Below are positions 9,540 through 20,315 of a stretch of 64,000 nt of DNA, in pieces (position 1 is the first letter of the stretch; the number at the start of each line of letters is the position of its first letter). Below the pieces are notes generated by a model. It was not told the origin of the DNA, did no database searches, and saw nothing but the letters and a program-made list of their open reading frames with translations. The translations under genes and the position numbers were made by a program. This DNA is from a virus, in the IMG/VR virus record IMGVR_UViG_3300035698_019895, positions 22,491 through 86,490 of that record. One strand, 5' to 3'.

Positions 9540-10094
9540 ATGCGTTATTTTTTTACAGCAGATTATCATTTAGGACATTTCAACATAATTAGATACTGTA
9601 ATCGTCCATTTTCTTCATTAGAAGAAATGAACGAAATTATTATTCGTAATCATAATCAACGAGTAAAACCAGAAGATATAGTATTTTTTAATGGAGATTT
9701 TTGTTTTAGAAATAGTGCTGGAGGTAAAAAAGGAGAAGGAGAAACTTTTAAATCTGATTACTATATTAAACAACTTAATGGAAGATTTGTATTTATTAAA
9801 GGAAATCATGATAGAAATAACTCATTAAAAACAATTATAGAAAGATTAGTTGTTAGTTATGGTGGCAAACGAGTTAACATTGTACATAATCCTATTCACG
9901 CAGATAATAACTATACAATCAATTTGGTTGGTCATGTTCATAATAATTGGATGTTTAGAAAATTGAATCATAAATCAGATATGATTAATGTAGGAATTGA
10001 TATGTGGGATTTTAGACCAGTTACTTTTGAAGAGATAATGAAAAAATATAATCAATGGAAAAAATCTAATAATGAGCAAAAAACCACTCAGTAA
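9540..10094 (+). CDS. Calcineurin-like metallophosphoesterase
   Basis: DYHLGH, GD, GNHD, H, GHVH. Confidence 0.9.
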   Translation: MRYFFTADYHLGHFNIIRYCNRPFSSLEEMNEIIIRNHNQRVKPEDIVFFNGDFCFRNSAGGKKGEGETFKSDYYIKQLNGRFVFIKGNHDRNNSLKTIIERLVVSYGGKRVNIVHNPIHADNNYTINLVGHVHNNWMFRKLNHKSDMINVGIDMWDFRPVTFEEIMKKYNQWKKSNNEQKTTQ

Positions 10095-10449
10095 AAAAGA
10101 AATTAAAGCCAGAAAAGCAGAACAGAACAAAAACAAGCGTAAGAAGATAGATTATAGGCAGTTTGCTAATAAATTTTTTAAAAAACCTACTGACCATCTT
10201 CCATTAATCATTGGAGGTATTGGGTTAGGTACAAAGTCTTACTGCTATAATTGTCAATCTATAGTTTCAAAGACTAAAACTATAGAAAAGGTTACAACTT
10301 GTGGTAGATGTGGAAGTACTTTCATAGAAATGAGAGAAAAAAATCCTAGTCGGTGGAAAAAGATATATTGGAAATGGAAAGAATTTCGGTATCTAAATAT
10401 TAAAATTAGAAATGATTATCAGAATAATTGGATAAATAGAAAACAATGA
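10072..10449 (+). CDS. Zinc-ribbon protein
   Basis: CYNC...CGRCGS. Confidence 0.55.
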   Translation: MSKKPLSKKEIKARKAEQNKNKRKKIDYRQFANKFFKKPTDHLPLIIGGIGLGTKSYCYNCQSIVSKTKTIEKVTTCGRCGSTFIEMREKNPSRWKKIYWKWKEFRYLNIKIRNDYQNNWINRKQ

Positions 10450-11078
10450 AACTGATTTGTATAGCTGACACTCATTGCAATTATAAGAATCTTGAAGTTC
10501 CTGAGGGAGATATCTTAATTCATGCAGGTGATATTGATGCGTATCAATATTCTTCAGAACTCAAAGATTTTAATAAATGGTTAGGTAAATTACCTCACAA
10601 ATATAAAATAGTTATTGGTGGCAATCACGATAAATATTTATTTGAGACAGATACTAATAAAATCAGAAGCTATCTTACTAATGCTATTTATTTAGAAAAT
10701 TCTGGGTGCGAAATAGAAAAAATTAAATTTTGGGGGTCTCCAGTTACTCCTCGCTTTGGAAGATGGTTCTTTATGGCTGAAAGAGGAGCAGATATTAATG
10801 AGTATTGGAAAATGATTCCAAAAGATACTGATATACTTATTACTCACGGTCCTCCTTACAATATATTAGATGCTGTCGCTTTCAGTTATGGCAATCATCA
10901 TGTAGGATGTAGTGAATTATTGAATATAATAAAAAAGATTAAACCAAAATTCCATATTTTTGGTCATATACATAGTAGTTCAGGGATTTATAAAGAAGAT
11001 AATACAACTTTTGTTAATGCTTCTATTTTAGATGAAGATTATCAAGTAGCATATGAACCTATAACAATAGAAATATAA
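10446..11078 (+). CDS. Metallophosphoesterase (MPPED/239FB-like)
   Basis: DTH, HAGD, GGNHD, THGPP, FGHIH. Confidence 0.9.
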   Translation: MKLICIADTHCNYKNLEVPEGDILIHAGDIDAYQYSSELKDFNKWLGKLPHKYKIVIGGNHDKYLFETDTNKIRSYLTNAIYLENSGCEIEKIKFWGSPVTPRFGRWFFMAERGADINEYWKMIPKDTDILITHGPPYNILDAVAFSYGNHHVGCSELLNIIKKIKPKFHIFGHIHSSSGIYKEDNTTFVNASILDEDYQVAYEPITIEI

Positions 11079-11175
11079 TGGCAAAAGAACACAACGACAC
11101 AGATATTGTAATAATATTATCTATAATACTACTACTAGCAATATCAGTATTAGTTTTTCTTTGCTGGGGGATATA

Positions 11176-11730
11176 ATGACAAAAATAAATGAACCTTCTA
11201 ATTTAACATTAGAAGAAGTATTTAAAGATACAAAAAAGCCATGGAAATGGTATAATCATGTTTGGTGGTGGATAAGATATGGTATTTGGAATAAAATTAC
11301 AGATTTAAAATGGCAAATTCCTAATATTATTAGTCGTGCAAAAAGAGGATGGGGACATGCAGATACTTGGGGATTCTCTGATTATCTATCAAATGTTATA
11401 TCAGATGGTATAAAACATCTCAAAAAAATTAAACATGGATATCCTGCTACATTTAATGAAAAAATTAATGATTTAGATTATAATGAAAAACGCTGGGATG
11501 AAGTTTTAGATAAAATGATTTGGACTTTTGATACAGCGAAAAAAATTCAATATAATTATCCAGAGAATGAGTGGTTATATTCACCTACTAAAGATTGGGA
11601 TAAAGGAAAAGACTTGAGAGATAAATTTAAAGACGGAAAATTAATGAAGGTAATGACTAAAGAAGAATGTTTAAGATATGAAGAAGGATGGAAATTGTTT
11701 CAAGAATATTTCTTTAGTTTATGGGACTAA
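11176..11730 (+). CDS. Conserved phage hypothetical protein
   Basis: Trp-rich ORF ending LF..YF.SLWD; ATG 11176 preferred over TTG 11161. Confidence 0.6.
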   Translation: MTKINEPSNLTLEEVFKDTKKPWKWYNHVWWWIRYGIWNKITDLKWQIPNIISRAKRGWGHADTWGFSDYLSNVISDGIKHLKKIKHGYPATFNEKINDLDYNEKRWDEVLDKMIWTFDTAKKIQYNYPENEWLYSPTKDWDKGKDLRDKFKDGKLMKVMTKEECLRYEEGWKLFQEYFFSLWD

Positions 11731-12213
11731 AACATGTGTAAAATAATAGCAATACTTATGTTTCTTATCCCTTACATACTTTTCTTATCTAGTATGTGGA
11801 AAGAAGCAAAAGATTATGTGTTAATAGCAATAGGAATAACTACCCTCTGTACTGTATATTGGGGATTAGCAGGATTTCTATTAGGGAAATAAGCAGAAAG
11901 GGATGGGAAAAATGTCAAGAAGAAGCAAAACAAAAGGTGTAAAAAAACATAGAAAAATTGGGCACAAACCTAAACATAACAAGAAATCTGTAATGGAAAG
12001 AAAAAGATTAAGAGAGAGCCAAAATGCAAATGCCTGATTGGATGAAATCTGGAGCGTTCATAATAATATGTATGATAGTATGGGATTTAATTAGAATTCC
12101 ATTACAGGCATGGATTACCAAGTTATTCATGAGTGACAATTTTAAAAAAATAGAAGATAGTGTGGAAGATATAGAAGAAGTTGTTGAAGAAGCTTTAGAA
12201 GAGGACCAAATAA

Positions 12214-12729
12214 ATGAAACTAAAAACAAAACTGATAGAAAAAGCATTTAAAGGAAAAGTCATTCCATTTATAACAGTAATGGGAATTGATACAGCATCT
12301 AGAACTGGTTGGTGTAAAGCAACTACAGCTCCTGACTATGTAACTTTTGATTATAATTTTACAGATATTAAAACCAGAGACAAATATTATAAGTATAATC
12401 AATATATAGATATTTTTACTAATCTTTTAAAATCGGAAATAGATATAATAGTTATTGAAGAAACTTACTATAGTAAAAATGTTAAGACTTTCCAATTATT
12501 ATCTCGATTAGGCGGTTTCGTATATGCAGCCGCTCATACAGTAGGAATAAAAGACAAACGTTTTATACTAGCAACTTCTGCTAGAAAAAAATTAGGTTTT
12601 AAAGGAAATCTTAAAAAACAAATAATTCAGAAACAATTTATAAAAAAACTAAAGATAAAAATAGATGATGAAGACATCATCGATGCCATGGTTTTGGCAA
12701 TGAACGGAATTTTGGAGGAAAAAATATGA
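12214..12729 (+). CDS. RuvC-like Holliday junction resolvase
   Basis: GIDTASRTGW, VIEE, D..DA acidic tetrad. Confidence 0.8.
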   Translation: MKLKTKLIEKAFKGKVIPFITVMGIDTASRTGWCKATTAPDYVTFDYNFTDIKTRDKYYKYNQYIDIFTNLLKSEIDIIVIEETYYSKNVKTFQLLSRLGGFVYAAAHTVGIKDKRFILATSARKKLGFKGNLKKQIIQKQFIKKLKIKIDDEDIIDAMVLAMNGILEEKI

Positions 12730-13283
12730 TAATATATTTAATTGGATATTTATTAGTCGGAATTGTAACTGCAATAACATGTTCTTTCTTATGGGCTTTC
12801 GGGGGAGCAGAAAATACTGATAAAAATTGGAGAAGAATTGGAGTTCCAGTTGCAGTAGGAGTAGGAAGTTTTATAATAGCTTGGATTAGTTGGTCAGCTT
12901 TGTTATGGATTGTCTTAGCTTGTCTAGCTTTATATGCAGCTACTACTATTGGATATGGAATTCCTGATGAAAATGATGAAGGTTCTCCGTTAGGAAAATT
13001 TTGGTATTTGTTTTTTAATCAAGATGCTAAACAAGCAAATATTTTAACGAGAGCAACTGTTGGATTAGCATATGGAGGTTCACTTGCATTACTTTCCTTC
13101 ATTAAAGGACATTTGTTTTGGGGATTTGTCGTAGCTATAATATGTATGTTAAATACAATATATTGGGCTTGTTTTGATAAAGAAGGACCTTTTCCTCTAG
13201 ATTTAGGATTTGTTAAATTAAATTCAGAAGAAGTATTTATTGGTATTGGAATTGGTATTTGTACAGTATTGGCTTTAATATAA
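12726..13283 (+). CDS. Multi-pass membrane protein
   Basis: Several hydrophobic helices, WRR.G motif. Confidence 0.65.
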   Translation: MIIYLIGYLLVGIVTAITCSFLWAFGGAENTDKNWRRIGVPVAVGVGSFIIAWISWSALLWIVLACLALYAATTIGYGIPDENDEGSPLGKFWYLFFNQDAKQANILTRATVGLAYGGSLALLSFIKGHLFWGFVVAIICMLNTIYWACFDKEGPFPLDLGFVKLNSEEVFIGIGIGICTVLALI

Positions 13284-13597
13284 TGAAAAAATGGCAGAAA
13301 CTTCAGTGGTATGTTGCTCGAAAATTAAAAGAACTAGGAATAAAAGCAAGACCTACTAAAGCTTCAGGAGCAAGTACAGAGCTAGGCGATATTTTAAACG
13401 AAGTTTTTTTAGTGGAATGTAAACAAAGAAATACTAAAAGTGTAACCATAGATTTAGCTACTTGGGAAAAAAATAAAGCGAGATTACCAGTGAATAGTAA
13501 ACGTATACCAATATTAGTATTGGAAAATAAAGAAATTAAAAGATTTGTAGTTCTTGAAGCTCATGATTTTTTTGAAATGTTAGGGAAACAGGAGTAA
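13283..13597 (+). CDS. PD-(D/E)xK nuclease, Hjc-like resolvase
   Basis: SGA....GD.....VECK; ATG 13283 coupled to upstream TAA. Confidence 0.7.
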   Translation: MKKWQKLQWYVARKLKELGIKARPTKASGASTELGDILNEVFLVECKQRNTKSVTIDLATWEKNKARLPVNSKRIPILVLENKEIKRFVVLEAHDFFEMLGKQE

Positions 13598-13599
13598 AC

Positions 13600-14553
13600 A
13601 TGACAAACAAGAAAAAAGAAATAGTTTATAAGACTAAAGATGACCGTAAAACAGCTCTTAAAAATATGATGAGAGATATTAATAAAAATTTAGGAGATAA
13701 TGCTATAAAGTTTGCTAAAGATGAAAAAGCCAAAGATAGAATTCCTTTTGGAATTGAAAAAATAGATGAATTTACTGGTGGTGGTGCAGTCAGAGGAAAT
13801 TTCTGTATATTATATGGAGGAGATAGTACGGGTAAAACTTCGTTAGCTTATGCACAAATAGCTAAGAGTCAAAAAGAAGGATTAAATTGTGCTCTTTTTG
13901 ATTTAGAACATAGTTTTGATGGGATAAGAGCCGTAAGTTTTGGTGTAGATTTGAATAAATTAATTCTAATAGAAAATATTAAAACAGCAGAACAAGCTAT
14001 GGATATTTTGATTAAACTTTGTAAACAAAATGTTATAGATTATGCTGTTATAGACAGTATTCAAGCAATGTCTCCAACAGGGCAACAAGAAACTAAAAAG
14101 GGAGCAGAGAAGTCAGTAGAAGATGACAATATAGCATTATTAGCTAGAAAAATGAGTCAGTTCCTTGTTATGTCTAAAGATGCAGTATACAGTGCTAATG
14201 TAGGGATATTAATGATAGGACAAGTTAGAACAGGTATTGGTCCTTTTATGTCAACTAATGTTCTAACAGGGGGATTAGCCCAGAAACATTATTCTTTAAT
14301 TACTTTACTCATAAGAAGAGGACAAAAAGCAGATGCTCCTACAGAGAAATATAAAGAATATCTTGAAGATGAAAGTGATAAACAACATTATAAAACGAAA
14401 GAAAGAATTATAGGATTTGATTGTGTTCTAAAAATAATAAAAAAGAAAATAGGTGGTTGTCAAGTTGAAGGAAGTCAACTTCATATACCCTTTTATTTTG
14501 AAACAGGATTTTCTCAACCAGAAAAAAAAGATGAGGAAGAAAATGAGAAGTAA
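13600..14553 (+). CDS. recA: RecA/UvsX recombinase
   Basis: Walker A GGDSTGKT, DLEHS, Walker B VIDS, QVR, TGG. Confidence 0.9.
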   Translation: MTNKKKEIVYKTKDDRKTALKNMMRDINKNLGDNAIKFAKDEKAKDRIPFGIEKIDEFTGGGAVRGNFCILYGGDSTGKTSLAYAQIAKSQKEGLNCALFDLEHSFDGIRAVSFGVDLNKLILIENIKTAEQAMDILIKLCKQNVIDYAVIDSIQAMSPTGQQETKKGAEKSVEDDNIALLARKMSQFLVMSKDAVYSANVGILMIGQVRTGIGPFMSTNVLTGGLAQKHYSLITLLIRRGQKADAPTEKYKEYLEDESDKQHYKTKERIIGFDCVLKIIKKKIGGCQVEGSQLHIPFYFETGFSQPEKKDEEENEK

Positions 14554-14884
14554 AATAAAGAAATCACTTTATACTTATGACCCTAAAAAAAATAAAAAAG
14601 TATTAGTCGGAGTCTATACATATGGTTTCTTCTTTAAAACAGTGTCTTCTAAACATTTTATGATTAAAGAACAAGGATATGGTATTCAAGAAGATGTAAT
14701 AGAGCAATTAAAAGAATTAGGGTGTGAAAGAGTTTATATAAAAACACCTACTCATATTTATAGAACTGAGTTTTCAGAATGGTTAGAACAAGATATTAAA
14801 AATTATTGTCATGGAAATCAAAGATTTCTTTCTGTAGCTAAAACAAATCCTGTAACGTATGAACAAGAACTCAGTTTATTTTAA
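14543..14884 (+). CDS. Hypothetical protein with C-terminal clamp-binding-like motif
   Basis: ATG 14543 preferred; ends EQELSLF*. Confidence 0.6.
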   Translation: MRSKIKKSLYTYDPKKNKKVLVGVYTYGFFFKTVSSKHFMIKEQGYGIQEDVIEQLKELGCERVYIKTPTHIYRTEFSEWLEQDIKNYCHGNQRFLSVAKTNPVTYEQELSLF

Positions 14885-14893
14885 GGAGACTAA

Positions 14894-15346
14894 ATGAATT
14901 ATCAAGAAGCATTAGTATTATTTGAATCAGAAGATAATATTTTAGATTTATTGGAAAAATTACAACCGATTTTTGAGAGAGTTAATCATTACGGAACTTT
15001 ATTTCAGAATCATCAAATTTCAATGAATTCAGAAGAATGTAAAAAAGCATTAGATGAATTAACAGGTTTATATATGTATCTTAATCCAATTTACTCTGTT
15101 GCTTTATCTGTTAAACAGAATAAAGAAGATGAATATTATGTTCAAAAACGAAAAGAAATGATAAAAGAGTTAAAAGGAAAAAGAATTATATCAGCTCCTA
15201 TTGATAGAGAAGCGTCTGCTCATGTAGGTAAACATCGAATAATTAGAAATTTATTAGAAAAATATACAGAATCATGCGATAAAGCAATTTCATCTTGTCA
15301 ATCCATACTAAAATATATGGGAGAGGAAATAAAGTTAAATAAATGA
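14894..15346 (+). CDS. Helical hypothetical protein, possibly UvsY-like recombination mediator
   Basis: Size, helical character and position between recA and polB; no diagnostic motif. Confidence 0.4.
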   Translation: MNYQEALVLFESEDNILDLLEKLQPIFERVNHYGTLFQNHQISMNSEECKKALDELTGLYMYLNPIYSVALSVKQNKEDEYYVQKRKEMIKELKGKRIISAPIDREASAHVGKHRIIRNLLEKYTESCDKAISSCQSILKYMGEEIKLNK

Positions 15347-17478
15347 AGCTATTAAATATTGCTAATACTAAAAGATTAGTTCGCTTATTTTGTAGAGACG
15401 AAAACGGAAAACAAATAATTATAAATGATAACTCGTTCTATCCGTTCTATTATGAACCATCTCCACAAGGTAAATTCATAGGATATGATGGAGTAAAATT
15501 GAGAAAAGTATTTTGTTCTGAACCAAAAGAAATTCCTCTTCAACGAAGCAACAAAAGCTATAGTAGTGATATTATTTTTGTTAAGAATTACATGATTAGC
15601 AAAATAGATAAATTGGATAAAACTGTTGTGAAATATCTATTTATAGATATAGAAGTTCTTAATGAGGATGGTATATTTCCTGAACCAAAAGATGCATTAT
15701 ATCCTGTAAGTTGTATAACTATATACAATTCCTTGCATAAAAACATACAAACTTGGTGGCTTAAAGATTTTAGAAATGAAGAAGAGATGTTAGATAGTTT
15801 TATTGAATATGTAGCATTAGAAAAACCAGACATTTTATTAGCTTGGAACATTAATTTTGATTACGATTATTTATATAATAGAGTGCCTAATTTTGCTAAA
15901 AGAATCAGTCCTATAGGAAGAGGAAGATTTCAAAGTAGAAAAGAATTATTCTATCCAACAGGTATAAGTATTGTAGATTATCTCGGTCTATTTAGAAAAG
16001 TATTTAAAGCAGAACAATCATATAAACTAGATGATATAGCTCAAAAACATCTAAAAGAGAAAGAATGGGGAGAAACTGATTTTGGGTTAAATGAGCATGT
16101 TAGAGAGAAGAATATCAATGATGTCAAGAGACTAGTCAAATTAGAAGAAAAGTATCGTCTAATGCCCTATTATGATGAAATACGCCGGTTATCTAAGTGC
16201 CAGTGGGAAGACTTATACTATAATTCGAGAATTGTAGAATGTTTACTGTTAGAAGAAGCAAAACTTAAAAATATAGTGCTTCCTTCAAGACATGAAAGAA
16301 CAACAGAAAAAGTGGCATTTAAAGGAGCAACAAGAGAAGCAGCAGAGAATGGCGTTGTTTATGAAGTCGGGAAATTCGACTTAGGTTCAGCTTATCCTTC
16401 AATGATATACAACTTCTGTTTAGATACAATGAATAAAAACGATAACAAAGAAGGTATAGAAGTTGATGGTATGTATTATAAACAAAATGAAGATGCTTTA
16501 TTACCTTCTATAATTAAAAAAATATTAATAATAAAAGATGATTTAAAAAGAGCAAAAAAGATAGACCCTTCTCTAGATAGTCAGTATGAAGCAATAAAAG
16601 CCATTGTAAATTCTTGTTATGGAGTAATGGGAAATGAATATTTTAGATTATATGACCCAGATATAGCCGCCTCAACTACATATTTAGTTAGAGATTTATT
16701 AATGTATTGCAAAAATAAATTAGAAGAAAAAGGTCATAAGATTATATACTGGGATACAGATAGTTTATTTTTGAAAGGTAAAGATGATATCAGCAAACAT
16801 CTTAATCAACTTATTCAAGATTGGGGTAAGAAATATGGAAAAGAAAAAATTGATTTATTTTTTGGATATGAAGGATTTTTTAAGAGTTTATTTATCTTAG
16901 GAAAATGCCACTATTATGGTTATATAGATGGTAAGAAAGACCCTGAAATAAAAGGCGTTGAAATAAAAAGAAGCAGTTCTTCTAAATACGAAGCATATTT
17001 TCAGAGAGAATTATTAGAAAAAGTAATTAATAGAGAAACAAAAGAAAATATATTAGATTGGGTAGATACAGAGAGAGAAAGAATCAAAACACTACCTGTA
17101 GAAGAAATAGCTTTTCCATGTAAAATATCTGGAAAGAAATATAAAACAGTTGTAACTAGAAAAGATGGAAAAACATTCAATAAGAAACCTCCAATATTTG
17201 TTAGAGCATATGAGAATACACAAAAGATACTTTCTAATTTTAAATTAGAAATAGGAGAATTATTTTATTATATATATGTTAACGCATTAACTACTAACTG
17301 TGATGTGTTAGCATTAACCAAAACTAATAAAGATTTTATTGATTGGAAGGAAAATATTAATTGGAAAGAAATAATAAGAAGAAATATAATATCTAAAGCA
17401 AAACCAGTATTCGAAGCAATGAACTGGGATGCTGACATTTCAGAAACTGATAACAAACAATTAACATTTAAATTTTAG
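15343..17478 (+). CDS. polB: Family B DNA polymerase with 3'-5' exonuclease
   Basis: ExoI DIE, ExoII WNINFD, motif A DLGSAYPS, motif B K...NS.YG, motif C WDTDS. Confidence 0.95.
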   Translation: MKLLNIANTKRLVRLFCRDENGKQIIINDNSFYPFYYEPSPQGKFIGYDGVKLRKVFCSEPKEIPLQRSNKSYSSDIIFVKNYMISKIDKLDKTVVKYLFIDIEVLNEDGIFPEPKDALYPVSCITIYNSLHKNIQTWWLKDFRNEEEMLDSFIEYVALEKPDILLAWNINFDYDYLYNRVPNFAKRISPIGRGRFQSRKELFYPTGISIVDYLGLFRKVFKAEQSYKLDDIAQKHLKEKEWGETDFGLNEHVREKNINDVKRLVKLEEKYRLMPYYDEIRRLSKCQWEDLYYNSRIVECLLLEEAKLKNIVLPSRHERTTEKVAFKGATREAAENGVVYEVGKFDLGSAYPSMIYNFCLDTMNKNDNKEGIEVDGMYYKQNEDALLPSIIKKILIIKDDLKRAKKIDPSLDSQYEAIKAIVNSCYGVMGNEYFRLYDPDIAASTTYLVRDLLMYCKNKLEEKGHKIIYWDTDSLFLKGKDDISKHLNQLIQDWGKKYGKEKIDLFFGYEGFFKSLFILGKCHYYGYIDGKKDPEIKGVEIKRSSSSKYEAYFQRELLEKVINRETKENILDWVDTERERIKTLPVEEIAFPCKISGKKYKTVVTRKDGKTFNKKPPIFVRAYENTQKILSNFKLEIGELFYYIYVNALTTNCDVLALTKTNKDFIDWKENINWKEIIRRNIISKAKPVFEAMNWDADISETDNKQLTFKF

Positions 17479-17957
17479 AAAGGAGGAAGATATGAATTAT
17501 TTAGTTTATTTGCAAAGTAAAGAAGACAAGTTAATTGATGTTACAGTTTGTAACGAAACCGAGTTTGCTAATCTATTACAACATATAGATTCAAAAAGAT
17601 ATGTTGTAACTGAGGCTGTAAAACTAGCGGATAGGTTACCAATTTACAAAGAGTTTTGTAAAAAAGAAGACAGCCTGGAAACAGGGAAAAATAAATAAAA
17701 AGGAGGAAAATTATGTTAAGTAATAGAGATTTGTACGCAGAAATTGAATCCATTGAAAAAAGAATGGAAGCTATGGAAGAAGGTCAAGCTAAAGATGCAT
17801 TGAAAATAGGAACTCTTCAGTTAAAGTTATTGCACAACATCAGAGCTAACACAGTAACAGTCATGAGACATTTTAACATCGAACTATTGAAATCACAACT
17901 TGGGAAAAAAGAAGAAGAGCAGACTGACAAAGAGAAATCTAAGTCAGAAGAGAAATA

Positions 17958-18019
17958 AGTTTAGAGATAAAGTTGCCAAGACCGTAAAGAAAAATGGTCT
18001 TGGTAGCTGTCTCTGAACT
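17958..18019 (+). other. Long intergenic RNA stem-loop upstream of RNR
   Basis: AGTTTAGAGAT(aa)AGTTGCCAAGACCG pairs with TGGTCTTGGTAGCT-GTCTCTGAACT: 25 bp including 5 G-U pairs, 10-nt loop. Confidence 0.7.
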
Positions 18020-18050
18020 AAAAAAATAAGAAAAGGAAGGTAAACTATAA

Positions 18051-20315
18051 ATGGCTTTGACTAAAAACGCTAAAAATTTATTAGAACAACGCTATTGTCA
18101 TTCTGATGAAACATATAAAGATGTATATCCTAGAGTAGCAGGTGTTTTATCTTTAGGAGATACAAGATTTGAAAAAAAGTTGCGAAAAGCCATGATGGAT
18201 GGTATATTTTTGCCTAATTCTCCTTGTTTACGAAATGCTGGTATTAAAAAAGGTATGCTTCATGCATGTTTTGTTCTTCCTATTGATGATGATATGGAAA
18301 GTATTACAGATACTATTAAAAATATGATGAATATTTTTAAACATGGAGGAGGAGTTGGTATCAATTTCAGTAAACTAAGACCGAAAGATGCAGAATTATC
18401 TGGAGGAGGAACTTCCAGTGGAGTAGTGTCTTTTATGGGCTTATTTAATACAGCTACTGAAGTAGTTAAACAAGGGGGGTTCAGACGAGGAGCTTTGATG
18501 GGAGTTTTGAATTTTGAACACGCAGAAATAATGGAATTCATCAGAAGCAAACTTACTGGTAAACTTACTAATTTTAATATATCTGTTTTAGTTAGTAATA
18601 AATTTATGGAACAAGTTGAAAAAGGAGAAATTATAGAACTTAAAAATCCTCAAGATGATAAAATTTGGGGAACAATTAATGCTAAAACTATTTTTGATGT
18701 TTTATGCTTTTCAGCATGGAACAGTGGTGACCCAGGATTTTTATTTTATGATAGAATAAATAAAGATAATATGTTATTTCCTAAAATCAAGATAAAGACA
18801 ACTAATCCTTGTTTCACAGGAGATACTGAAATAGAAACTCCTCATGGTAAAATAGCTTTTAAAGATTTTAAAATGAAATCTGTTCCAGTATATTGTTACG
18901 ATGGGAAGAAAATTAATATTAGCTGGATGAGAAACATTCGAAAAACAGGAATTCAACAAGAGGTTTGGAAATTAACTTTAGATAATAAGAAAGAAATAAA
19001 AGCTACTCCAAATCATAAATTTATGTTGAGAAGTGGAGAATATGTAGAACTTAAAGATTTAAAAATTGGCAGTAGTTTGATGCCTTTTTATAGATATAAA
19101 AGAAATTCTAAAGGATATAATCAAATAGCATTGAATAATGGGAAACATATAGGAGAAGCTCAACTAGTTTGTGAATGGTTTAATGGACGAAAAATGAAAA
19201 AAGGAGAATGTGTTCATCATAAAGATGAAGATAAGCAAAATAATAATCCTTTTAATTTAGAATTTAAAAAATCTGGTAATCATAATTCTGAACATATGAA
19301 GGGAGATAATAATCCTTCAAGAAGATTTCCTGAAAGAAATCCTATGAAACTGTATCCTGATATGTTTAAAGGTGAAAAGAATCCAATGTTTGGTCATAAA
19401 CATAGTAAGAAAACTAAAAAGAAAATAAGCGAATCACAGTTAGTAAGATTACATAATCATAAAGTTAAGAAGATAGAATTTTACGGTTATGAAGATGTTT
19501 ATTGTGGAACGGTGGATGCTTATCATAATTTTGTTTTAGAAGCCGGAGTTGTTGTTTCAAATTGTGGCGAGGTTCCTTTACCAAACTATGGAGCATGTTG
19601 TTTAGGTTCTATAAATATTAGTAAATTAGTAAAATATAATAAGTTTGATTTTGATGCGTTTGGTAAATATGTAGAATTAGCTATAAGAGCATTAAGAAAT
19701 AACAATGCTATCTCTTGGTATCCTTTACCAGAGATAACTAAGATAATGAAAGAACTAGACCCTATAGGTGTAGGTATAATGGGATTTGCAGATTGTTTAA
19801 TTAAATTGGAAATGATGTATGATAGCGAAGAGACTCTTAAATTTATAGATGAACTGGGTAAAATATATAAAGATGTAACAGATAGATTAGCAAAAAAATG
19901 TTTTTGGAAAAGAATAATCGCACCTACTGGTTCATTAAGTATATTAGCAGATTGTAGTAGTGGAATAGAACCTGTTTTCGAAGCTGCATTTGAAAGACAT
20001 CTTACCGTAGGAATAATAGAAGAAAAAAGAGAATTGTATAAGTCTAAATATTTAAGAACAGCACATCAAATAAGTCCTGAATGGCATTTAAAGATTCAGG
20101 CTCAATGGCAAAAATGGTTAGACGGAAGTATAAGTAAGACTATCAATTTACCTAATAGTGCTTCTGTAGATGATATAAAGAAAATATATATAGATGCTTG
20201 GAAAATGGGATGTAAAGGAATAACTATTTTTAGAGACGGTAGTAAAGAAGGAGTATTGAGAACAAAAACAGCTTCTGTTAGAGGAAAGTGTGAAGGAGAT
20301 AGTTGTCAACTTTAA
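18051..20315 (+). CDS. nrdJ: Class II (B12-dependent) ribonucleotide reductase with intein
   Basis: PNSP, ACFV, GGGVG, RRGA, TNP/CGE active site split by intein, APTG, SSGIEP, SKTIN, C-terminal Cys pair; no NrdB in window. Confidence 0.9.
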   Translation: MALTKNAKNLLEQRYCHSDETYKDVYPRVAGVLSLGDTRFEKKLRKAMMDGIFLPNSPCLRNAGIKKGMLHACFVLPIDDDMESITDTIKNMMNIFKHGGGVGINFSKLRPKDAELSGGGTSSGVVSFMGLFNTATEVVKQGGFRRGALMGVLNFEHAEIMEFIRSKLTGKLTNFNISVLVSNKFMEQVEKGEIIELKNPQDDKIWGTINAKTIFDVLCFSAWNSGDPGFLFYDRINKDNMLFPKIKIKTTNPCFTGDTEIETPHGKIAFKDFKMKSVPVYCYDGKKINISWMRNIRKTGIQQEVWKLTLDNKKEIKATPNHKFMLRSGEYVELKDLKIGSSLMPFYRYKRNSKGYNQIALNNGKHIGEAQLVCEWFNGRKMKKGECVHHKDEDKQNNNPFNLEFKKSGNHNSEHMKGDNNPSRRFPERNPMKLYPDMFKGEKNPMFGHKHSKKTKKKISESQLVRLHNHKVKKIEFYGYEDVYCGTVDAYHNFVLEAGVVVSNCGEVPLPNYGACCLGSINISKLVKYNKFDFDAFGKYVELAIRALRNNNAISWYPLPEITKIMKELDPIGVGIMGFADCLIKLEMMYDSEETLKFIDELGKIYKDVTDRLAKKCFWKRIIAPTGSLSILADCSSGIEPVFEAAFERHLTVGIIEEKRELYKSKYLRTAHQISPEWHLKIQAQWQKWLDGSISKTINLPNSASVDDIKKIYIDAWKMGCKGITIFRDGSKEGVLRTKTASVRGKCEGDSCQL
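18810..19562 (+). mobile_element. Intein (251 aa) with HNH endonuclease and NUMOD3-like motif
   Basis: Starts CFTGDT, block B ATPNHKF, VHHKDEDKQNNNPFNL (HNH), NPMFGHKHS..TKKKIS, ends HNF......VSN followed by Cys. Confidence 0.92.

Noticed and set aside
17958-18019. Intrinsic terminator or cobalamin riboswitch upstream of nrdJ
   Set aside because: No U tract after the stem on the + strand; the spacer is under 100 nt and lacks a recognisable B12 box
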